64,000 nucleotides of DNA from Novakomyces olei. Lineage: Eukaryota. A program made the translations under genes and the position numbers. Location of the stretch: assembly GCA_016906335.1 (NCBI GenBank), contig JADEYG010000002.1:620001-684000 (forward strand), read 5' to 3'. Of this stretch, positions 55,288 to 64,000 are shown piece by piece. Each line of letters opens with the position of its first letter. Position 1 is the first letter of the stretch. Below the pieces are notes generated by a model. It did no database searches. It was not told where the DNA came from and worked only from the letters and a program-made list of their open reading frames with translations.

Positions 55288-56288
55288 TCACTGAGCATTA
55301 TCGACCTAGAAAGTAAGCAAACGTAAAAACCTGAAAACATACCCGGTCGAGCAGTGATTGTGTCCACTTTACTGCCTCTTTACGCTTCAACCTATCAGCG
55401 GTGTCATTGGCCACATCAATTCCGTCCAGTTTCAAGAGCCGTTGAAGCAGCATCTCAGCTAGCCGGTCGTGCTCTTGCTTACGTTTGGCCGGGTCGAGGG
55501 GTGGGGTCTTTTCAAACTTCTCAACCAGCGGCGACATTAATTGATCAGTTTCACGAGCAGATTGTTCGATTTTTTCTTGGCTTGTTAGCGGCCGCAGAGG
55601 TTCTGCCGCGTCCTTTGAGCTTCCGTTCCCGGCGCTTGAGCCGTTGGCATTCGTATTGCCTTCTCCTTTGCCTCTGGTGTCTTTCTCCAGTGAAGAATTC
55701 TGTCCTTTATCTAAATTGCCATTCTGTTCCTTGCCCAAATTGCCCCTTTCTTCCCGTGATGCTTGACGATTGTGGCCTTTATTTTGTCTCCCGTGATTTT
55801 TACGATGAGGCCGCTGCTGTCGGCCATAAGCTTCTGTATCAAGCTGTCCCCCATCAGACTGATGATCTTTTGAAGTCTGCTCTTTACTGGCTCCCGTATC
55901 CCGCGCAGGCGACATGCGGTCCTTGAGCCATCCCACCGTATTGTCTACTATATTGTCCCTCACCGCCATGCACAGTATCTTTGATCCGTTCGATATCCGG
56001 TAGCTCGCCAGTGACCGGTTGTCGTCCTTGAGTATTTGACCGCCGGCCAGTAAGCTTAGCTTGTCTGGACGTACGCCCACAGCAAGTGCTGCCCGGTCTT
56101 TTACTTCCGCAATTTTGACAATTCCATCGGCAATCGCGCCCTGAGCAAACTCAAAGTAATATCTATCAGGCAATTAGATTGCGGTTCATTCGTGATTCAT
56201 TGGCCCACTAATTGAAGCGAGACGCTCTTTGAGAAATGTAAGCTTACCGGTTCTTCCCATACTGAACAAAAATGTGATCGTTCGGCAT
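55288..56288 (-). CDS. BAG-family Hsp70 co-chaperone with ubiquitin-like domain (Bag101-like); two introns
   Basis: UBL-like LLAGGQILKDDNRSLASYRI..SKILCM; BAG domain RLAEMLLQRLLKLDGID..RKEAVK..LLDRVD. Confidence 0.88.
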
Positions 56289-56850
56289 TACGGCAACGCT
56301 GCACGCCGTTTCGTCAATATCAATCGATTGATCGGCTGTAATTATTTAATGCAAATACTTGAATTGTTTCGCTCTAACTTGCGATTAAAATATTGAACAA
56401 ATAAACCCTAGGGTTTGTTCTGGCTCAGATTTTATTTGTCACAGCTCTTGCTCTGCTTATCGCGCTTTGGCGACTAAAAAGCCCTATCGCTTATACTTTA
56501 CTATTCACGTATACTTTATTTCACTAGCCAATCTCTATACAACTTTTGCTTGCTATACTCTTTTTGCTCGCTATACACTTTTTGCCCGCTATACTACTTT
56601 TGCACATCGCACTAATATTTTGGCACTCGCTCCATCCTGTAATCCTTCCACATCCCATATTTAGGAGCGCTCAGAGTTGGGTACAAAGTGCCAAAAAATA
56701 AATGTACTGGACTTTTTACACAAATGCTTATTAATACTGTGGCTATGATGTAGCGAGCGATTCCCACTTTTTCCAACTACGTAAAATGTAGCGATTGAGC
56801 TGCCAAACAACGCGCTCCTGTCAGCTGTCAGCGATGTCCCGATAAAGAGG

Positions 56851-58860
56851 ATGTCGCAACGCGAAACGAGTCCCGCCAAAAGGCGCCGGCGTAATAAGCC
56901 GTCGCTCAATTGCAGCGAGTGTATTCGGCGCAAGATAAAGGTACGGCCAGCTGTGCTTGGTGCCCTCGTCGCCTGGGCCAGGTTTATCTTTTTAAAATTT
57001 TTTCCTTCTTTTGCCGTTTCCTTCTTTTACTGTTTTCTTCTTTTACCGTTCCCTTCTTTAACCGCCTTTCTTGGACAAATTGCTAACGGCAAGTGTGGTC
57101 GAGAGCGGCCGGTATGCAAAGCGTGTGTGGCTGGAAACCGTGCAAACAGGTGCGAGTACCAAGATTCTGTCTTGTTTGATCTGCCAGAGCTCGATCATCG
57201 CTCAACTGTGCTTTTAGTCAACAGACTGTGTGCCCAAGTGCATTCTCTGGAAGGCGAGTTGGGCCGTATGGCAAACAGGACCATCAGGAACTCTGGAGAC
57301 GGTGGTGACGATGGAGGAGCAGCGCCGAATAACCAATTGCCGCTGGTGCACGATAAGCAGGATGACTCAAAGTCAGGCGGCGATACTGGACAAGTGCAGG
57401 ATCAAATGTACGTCGGCGTGGCGCTCGGCAATGGGCCTGTTATTGGCGGAGTCTTTGAAGGCTCACTCGAGTCTGGCTACCCTTTCCTCAATTTTTCCAT
57501 GCTAAAAACGACACGGGACCTGGCTTACCTCTTACCGCCTCCACACCGAGGCCGTGTGCTTATTGACGAGTTTTACGATGCTTTTGGGTTTCTCTCTGGC
57601 CATTTTGACCGCGAATGGTTCCACCAGAATTACCTGGCCTACACGCAGCCAGGCGTGCAGGTGGACTTGTCCATATTAACCCTGATATTCTCTGTTTTAG
57701 GGATCGGCGCCCGTGTCTCCATGGATGCTTCTGCCGGTACCTCAGCGGAGCGCGATGAGTCGGCCAGCGGTGCGAGTGGGGAACGGTTAGCGCCTCCTTC
57801 CGATGTTTACTTGTCTGTCTGCATGCAAGGCATCCGTATTTCCGGTACTTTTTTACGGACGAGCCGTGTCATTACACAAACATTGTTTTTCATGACCCTA
57901 CTGCTATTAATTAGTGCTCGGCCTAATGAAGCTTGGCATTTTTCCGGGCTTATGGTCAGGCACTCGTCTTCACTGGGGCTCCACCGTGATCCAGAAACGG
58001 TGCTAAAGTCAACAGACGCCGACTTTATTGAGCGGAGACGGAGATTGTTTGCAAATCTCAAGTACTTGGACTCGGTGCTTGCCTCCTTGTTCTGGAGACC
58101 GTTTGGGTTTAATGTTTATGATACAAGGGAAAGCGCTGATCCCATGATGGCCAAATTGCTACAGTCTTCAGATCTGATGACCCGCTGCCTACAAGTGACT
58201 TACTTGGAAAAATGGGAAGAAATTGAGCTATTGTCGAATAAAATCAATGCCTGCATTCACACCATGGACCGTGAAATGACTGTCAAGTCCTTTGGCTTCT
58301 TTGTAGTAAAAATGTCGCTATTGTATGCTCTAGTCATGAGCAATCGGCCCAGCTTAATGCAGTTTCTTCATGATGCTAAGCATACGGTAGGGACACCAAA
58401 ATTTCCGCCTGCCTCAAAGCTGCTGGCGGTAAATTCTTCACTAGAATTGTTGCAAGTGTTTTTTTTCCAGCACTCTTTATTTCCAACTTGGTCACAGAAT
58501 GTTTGGCTGCTTCATTTCTACCTTTTTTCGGCGACACAGTTTCTCAAGGAAATATCTTCGATGCAGCCTGAAAGCATTTCTGCGTTGGATCCAAGTGGGC
58601 ACTGTGCAACTGTGCTTGTAAAGGCAAGATCATACATTGATTTGGCGGTTAATTTTTTCGCTGTTCGGGCGCATTTTAGCACATTTTACCATAGGTGCAA
58701 TTCCATACTGGAGAGCATCCATGAGAAACCTGAGGAGTACCCGGCTTCGAATTACGCCTCACAATACTTTTCGTTTCCGCAAGAAATGCCCTCGTACTTC
58801 TTCGAGGACAATACAAAGGTACTCCTTGAGGAATGGGATCAGCTATTTTATCAGTTATAG
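56851..58860 (+). CDS. Zn(II)2Cys6 transcription factor with fungal TF middle domain; in-frame intron 56941-57093
   Basis: Splicing joins CSECIRRKIK to CGRERPVCKACVAGNRANRCEY; SLGLHRDP..ERRRRLF motif. Confidence 0.92.
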   Translation: MSQRETSPAKRRRRNKPSLNCSECIRRKIKVRPAVLGALVAWARFIFLKFFPSFAVSFFYCFLLLPFPSLTAFLGQIANGKCGRERPVCKACVAGNRANRCEYQDSVLFDLPELDHRSTVLLVNRLCAQVHSLEGELGRMANRTIRNSGDGGDDGGAAPNNQLPLVHDKQDDSKSGGDTGQVQDQMYVGVALGNGPVIGGVFEGSLESGYPFLNFSMLKTTRDLAYLLPPPHRGRVLIDEFYDAFGFLSGHFDREWFHQNYLAYTQPGVQVDLSILTLIFSVLGIGARVSMDASAGTSAERDESASGASGERLAPPSDVYLSVCMQGIRISGTFLRTSRVITQTLFFMTLLLLISARPNEAWHFSGLMVRHSSSLGLHRDPETVLKSTDADFIERRRRLFANLKYLDSVLASLFWRPFGFNVYDTRESADPMMAKLLQSSDLMTRCLQVTYLEKWEEIELLSNKINACIHTMDREMTVKSFGFFVVKMSLLYALVMSNRPSLMQFLHDAKHTVGTPKFPPASKLLAVNSSLELLQVFFFQHSLFPTWSQNVWLLHFYLFSATQFLKEISSMQPESISALDPSGHCATVLVKARSYIDLAVNFFAVRAHFSTFYHRCNSILESIHEKPEEYPASNYASQYFSFPQEMPSYFFEDNTKVLLEEWDQLFYQL

Positions 58861-60186
58861 GAGCTTCAGGTGCGATATTACGCAAGAACGATAATTGTCA
58901 GCATTGCATAAATTTGAAGAAAAACAATAAATAGAAATGTACAAAAGAGAAAGTTTTGCGCTGCCGACGTGCCCACGCTATACGGGTTTGTGAATTATTT
59001 TTATTTTATCAAAATTATTAAGATTTGTCTTTTCTTTTTCATTTTATATAGGAAGTTTCACTCTTGTTTGGATACCGGTTTCAGATGGCATATGCTCCGA
59101 TATACAAATAGCATGAAGCCTTCGCAACCCTAGATTTCAAGAAAATGGTCTCTATTAAACTTTAAAAGCTCGAGCTGAAAAGCTTTAGGTATTTCTGTGC
59201 GAAATTAATGATCATAATTTGCGATTATGATTATGATTATGGTTCAGAGCTATTAATAACATTAAATTATTCGGGAATTCATTTCATTTGGGCAGCTTTG
59301 ATCGTTGGCCATAATACTGTTGATTATATAAATTAATTGTTTTAATTTCAGACTAATCAAATAAAAGTTTATTGACTGCTCCGCTTGGTTTCAAGCGACA
59401 AAAAAAGATACATAGCAGGATATTAATTTTCTCGCACAATATAAAGACGATACCTTCATTACATGTCATTTAATTTTGGAGTACATATGGCGTTACGCTC
59501 AATCACAAAATTTTGAAATTGAATAGTCAAAAATGCCAAAAAATATTTGTTGTATGTCGTCAGTATAAAATTTGTGTCCAAAAATAAAAATACAAATTCA
59601 AAAATGAAAAGAATACGATAAACAAAATACTAATATTCTTGGCTTAAAATATTTATTTTTGGCGGGAACGAAGCTATTTCCTCTCAATGATGCCGAACTT
59701 GGATGACCCTCACGAGCAAAATATCTCTCTTAGGTCATAGCACGCAAGATTGTTTGCCGTATACAGGCAAGGACCATACGCCAAAGTGGGTTGGAAATTG
59801 GGTGGTATTTATAACATAATTTTTATGTATAAAAAAATTGTAATGTGAGCTGTAGTGTCTCGTAACGAAAATCAATAAAATATCCGAGCCAAAATCTAGA
59901 ACAATTATCTCAATATTCTCAATCGATTCCTATTACAGTAATTATAATGTTGTTTTAATATGATGAAATGACAAATTTCGTGATTACAGCACTTGAAATA
60001 AAAGTTTTGAATAAAATTTCGTGGAAATCAGCGCTATATTTAAATAGAGGCGCACTTGTCATGCTGAAGAGCAAGAGCGAGTCAAGCGACTTGACCTCCA
60101 AGCGTCCAAATAGATTTTTCAGATATTTACTAGAGGCGCCCAGGACAGGTCAAGAGCTTGGTGTATAATTCTACTTTTAACTCAAT

Positions 60187-62097
60187 ATGGCGTCAAAAAA
60201 TGTCTCCTTACCCATAAAGTCGGCGATCGAGGAATCAAGCAAATTAACTTCAGATGAAGTCCCATCTAATGAAATTGAAGTAAATGTTGGTGGCCAGGGA
60301 CGGACGCAGCGCCGGCTGCGTGATTACCAAGTCACCATGATCGGATTTTGCAGTGGGATCGGTACAGGTCTTTTTATTGGAACTGGAGCCGCGTATGCTA
60401 ATGCTGGTCCTGCTGGTCTACTGCTCGCATTTATTGTTACTGGCTTTGTGTTGTGGTGCGTCATGCAGAGCATTGGTGAATTAGCTACTGTGGTATGATT
60501 TTTAATTCCTTGGCTTTATGCCGATATATTCATTATTATCCTTATTTTGTTCTTGCAAGAATTTAATGGCTTTTGAGCGCCTTGCCGTTAGTACCGCTGT
60601 TTGTCTTTGCTTCGAATTGATTTGCCTTTATCAATGCCTTTCTCCTTTTATCAGAGTCTTTTTTGTTAAACATTTTTCTTTTAGTTTATTTTATATTTTA
60701 TATTTTACTATTTGTTTCTTTGTTTTTGGTTGCCATTTCCAGCACCAACTCCAGCAAAACTAATTGCCTAGTTCCCTACTGCTGGCTCTTTTCCTCATTG
60801 GGCAACGCGCTTCATCGACCCTTCTGTCGGCTTTTCCCTTGCTATTTCATATGGGTATTGCTACACTATAGCCATTGCGTCCGAATGTTCGGCCGCTGCC
60901 GTACTCGTATCCTATTGGTCCGATATCTCTGTAGCTCTTGTTATCTCCATTTCTCTCGCGCTCATTTTGGGCATCAACCTAATGAGTGTCAGGGTGTATG
61001 GTGAAGTAGAAGTCGTTTCCGGTGCGATTAAAGTTTTGTGCTTTTTCGGCCTCGTAATCGTTGCTATTGTAATTACTGCCGGTGGAGGGCCAAATCATGA
61101 AACTATCGGCTTCCGCTTCTGGCACAATCCTGGTCCTTGGACCAATTACAATGGCATCACAGGCTCAACGGGCCATTTTCTCGGATTTCTCTCCGCTTTT
61201 GTCAATGCCTCTTTTTCATTTATCGGAGTGGAAACTGTAGTCATCACGGCGGCTGAATCATTAAACCCTCATCGTGCAATTCCGAGCGCAACCAGACGCG
61301 TAACGTATCGTATCGCGTTTTTTTACATTCTGGGCGCCCTGCTTATCGGCATTATCGTGGACCCGAGAGCTGCCGATCTCGTTTCCGGCAGCGGCAATGC
61401 AAACAGCTCTCCGTGGGTGATTGCCATCAAAAACGCTAATATCCGCGCTCTGCCTTCTATTGTTAATGCCTGTATTCTTGTCAGTGCATGGTCTGCTGGA
61501 AACTCTTACTGCTGGGTGGGATCAAGAATGATTGTAGCAATGACTACGGACCATCAACTGCCTCAAATCTTTGGGCGCACAAACTCAAAGGGCGTGCCCT
61601 ACGTAGCAGTTCTAACTGCCTGGATGTTTGGCCCATTGGCCTACTTGAGCCTTGGAAGCGGAGGTGCTTCTCAGGCCTTCACTTGGCTCCTGAGCCTGAG
61701 CACAGTGGCCGGACTCATTGCCTGGGCCACTCTTTCCATTTGCTATATTCGATTCTACAGCGCTCTTAAAGTCCAGGGCGTTAGTCGGGATACTCTGCCC
61801 TGGAAGAGTCCCTTCCAGCCTTATACGGCCTGGTTCGGGTTTGTAGGCAGCACTATTCTTACGCTCATTTGCGGGTTCAGTGTTTTCCTAAAGGGCAATT
61901 GGTCGGCTTCCACGTTTGTCGCCTCGTACGTTGGTATCCCCATTTTTATTGTGCCCATTATTGCATGGAAGCTGTGGAAGCGGACGCCGTTTATCAAGGC
62001 TAAAGACATTGATTTGTATTCCGGCAGGCTGGACGAGGCAGACGCGTATATTAAGCGGGGAAAGATGGGGTTGCGTGGGCTGGCGGATTTATTTTAA
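60187..62097 (+). CDS. Amino-acid permease (APC/YAT family); intron ~60493-60771
   Basis: RRLRDYQVTMIGFCSGIGTGLF, YGEVE, GFRFWHNPG, ANSSPWVIA, LPWKSPFQPY. Confidence 0.95.
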
Positions 62098-62155
62098 TGA
62101 AAAATAGAAGTTAATGTATGTATACGTGTTAGAATAATAAAGATCCATTGTCTAT

Positions 62156-62256
62156 TATAAGGTCTATCTTTATAAGGGCTATCTTTATAAGGGCTATCTT
62201 TATAAGGGCTATCTTTATAAGGGCTATCTTTATAAGGGCTATCTTTATAAGGGCTA
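62156..62256. repeat. 15-bp (TATAAGGGCTATCTT)n minisatellite
   Basis: Directly visible between the convergent permease and methyltransferase genes. Confidence 0.95.
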
Positions 62257-62472
62257 TTATTTATATAGGGATATTTATAAAGGGCTATTATTGATCAAAA
62301 AATGTTACTGGAGACTAATTCGAGATCCTGTTAAATATGATTTGGCAGCCAATGGCGATAATAGTCTTGCAAAACCTAGTACGACCAGGCTTGCACACGG
62401 CAGACATCAAGTTTAACCCCCTTCTAATTCTATTATTACAAATAGTATACAACTATACGAAATATTTGTGCA

Positions 62473-63501
62473 TTATGCGTTCAGCTCAGCAAACTGCCCA
62501 CGCAACAGCTTAATATCCTTATCCGTAGCTTTACAGCATCCACCAACCAGAAAATCTTTCCAAAAATTGCGGTTTTGCGCTTGTCTAACAACGGTGGCCA
62601 GCTGCACTTCCCATGGTCTCGGATCACCCGGCGTTGCTTGTTCCCCCATTACTGCTGGCGCGTCCCAAGTTTTTGTAACTGGATTATACACCTGTCCGTT
62701 TGTGCCGTCAGGGTAGAGGACAAGGCACGGTGGGACAGAGCCGGTTACAGAGACGGCGGCTCTTGCTGCTTCCTCGTACTCTGCAACAAGCCGCGCCAGT
62801 TTGTGCACGGGCGCGCAATTAATGCCGATCCCCCACAACTCGGCCAATCCTTGGCCGGGGCATAATGCTGCTTCCACAGCCCGCGCAGCAATATTGCCGT
62901 CCGGCAGCGAGCAGCCGCTGCCCGGGTACACGCAGGAAACCCACGCTCGGCAATTAAAGTGCCACAATGCCCGTCTTATCGCTCTCACTTCATCCAATCG
63001 CGGGACCGTCTCAAACGCCACGTATTTGATATGCCGCTGCACACTGGGCAGCTGGAAAAACAGCTTCAGGCGGCACAAGTGCCAATGGTAGAGCTGCTCT
63101 TCGTCGCTGTGGTCTGCGTCATAGGCGCCCGTGTACTCCTGTCCCGGAGACATGGCAGCGCCGTATGGGCCGAGGCTTAAGGCAACGCTGCTCCGGCCTG
63201 CCGCAGCGGCAACTGCCGTGTCAATTGCCGACTCCAGCAGAGGGATGACATCATCACCTCGTATACCGTGGGGGAACGCTGCCGTCCGTGTGCGGGCAAA
63301 CGTATCTGCCGAAGCCTGGTACGTCGCTGTCAGTACTATATCGGCCCCAGCCAGTACAAAATCGCGCTGGCAGTTTAGCAGCGCTGATGGCTTGTTCAGC
63401 AGTGTGCCTGTAGACCATAAGGCGCCCTGTGCGTCCCTGTAATCGACTCCATACTTGTCCTCAAGACTCGTACCCAGACCGCCGTCGAGTATTTGTATCA
63501 T
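62473..63501 (-). CDS. SAM4: Homocysteine S-methyltransferase (Sam4/Mht1/MmuM family)
   Basis: ILDGGLGT, TATYQAS, SLGPYGA, AFETVP, and zinc ligands GINC and GGCC. Confidence 0.95.
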   Translation of the reverse strand: MIQILDGGLGTSLEDKYGVDYRDAQGALWSTGTLLNKPSALLNCQRDFVLAGADIVLTATYQASADTFARTRTAAFPHGIRGDDVIPLLESAIDTAVAAAAGRSSVALSLGPYGAAMSPGQEYTGAYDADHSDEEQLYHWHLCRLKLFFQLPSVQRHIKYVAFETVPRLDEVRAIRRALWHFNCRAWVSCVYPGSGCSLPDGNIAARAVEAALCPGQGLAELWGIGINCAPVHKLARLVAEYEEAARAAVSVTGSVPPCLVLYPDGTNGQVYNPVTKTWDAPAVMGEQATPGDPRPWEVQLATVVRQAQNRNFWKDFLVGGCCKATDKDIKLLRGQFAELNA

Positions 63502-63559
63502 GACTAGAAATAATTCGGCGTCATTTGTGCGCTGTATATTACAAAAAATATAAACTCAA

Positions 63560-63837
63560 TATATAAAATTATAAAATTATAAAATTATAAAATTATAAAA
63601 TTATAAAATTATAAAATTATAAAACTATAAAATTATAAAATTATAAAATTATAAAATTATAAAATTATAAAATTATAAAATTATAAAATTATAAAATTAT
63701 AAAATTATAAAATTATAAAATTATAAAATTATAAAATTATAAAATTATAAAATTATAAAATTATAAAATTATAAAATTATAAAATTATAAAATTATAAAA
63801 TTATAAAATTATAAAATTATAAAATTATAAAATTATC
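63560..63837. repeat. (TATAAAAT)n satellite
   Basis: Directly visible, about 60 bp upstream of the methyltransferase ATG. Confidence 0.97.
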
Positions 63838-64000
63838 AATATCTATGAATGAGTGTTTGTTATCGGCCGTGTAGTAAAAAAAGGCTAGAATGTGTTGGGG
63901 TTAGTATTAGCCAAATCTTTGACAAAATCAATAAACAATATCGAGCACTGTTTTAATAATATAACTATTTTGTTGGTCAGACGCTGGACGCCGGCCGCGT

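Overview
Gene-dense fungal nuclear DNA with about 30 mostly intron-containing genes. The gene set (Mbx1-type MADS, Mug70, Bag101-like, Pal1, EF-3) and the very short introns suggest an early-diverging ascomycete related to fission yeast (Taphrinomycotina); this is an inference. Housekeeping genes include NOC3, PSH1, CWC24, mitochondrial bL34 (missed by the ORF track), DSL1, HIS7, MPI, GON7, APD1, SEC59, PAL1, STM1, GTR1, MBX1, MRP4, MUG70, ARE, EF-3 and a BAG protein. The window ends with a Zn2Cys6 factor, an amino-acid permease and a homocysteine S-methyltransferase. Non-coding highlights: (1) an intronic H/ACA snoRNA whose 3' pocket matches the snR36 target; (2) a 663-nt, densely folded STM1 intron ending in an H-box/hairpin/ACA module, a candidate undescribed large RNA; (3) 9 of 41 hand-parsed introns ending in AAG or GAG; (4) a copia-like PPT+LTR rearranged into an 800-bp palindrome in a divergent promoter; (5) TTAGGG motifs concentrated upstream of genes; (6) many long AT-rich satellite expansions. 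Gene models and homologies were assigned by eye, without database searches.
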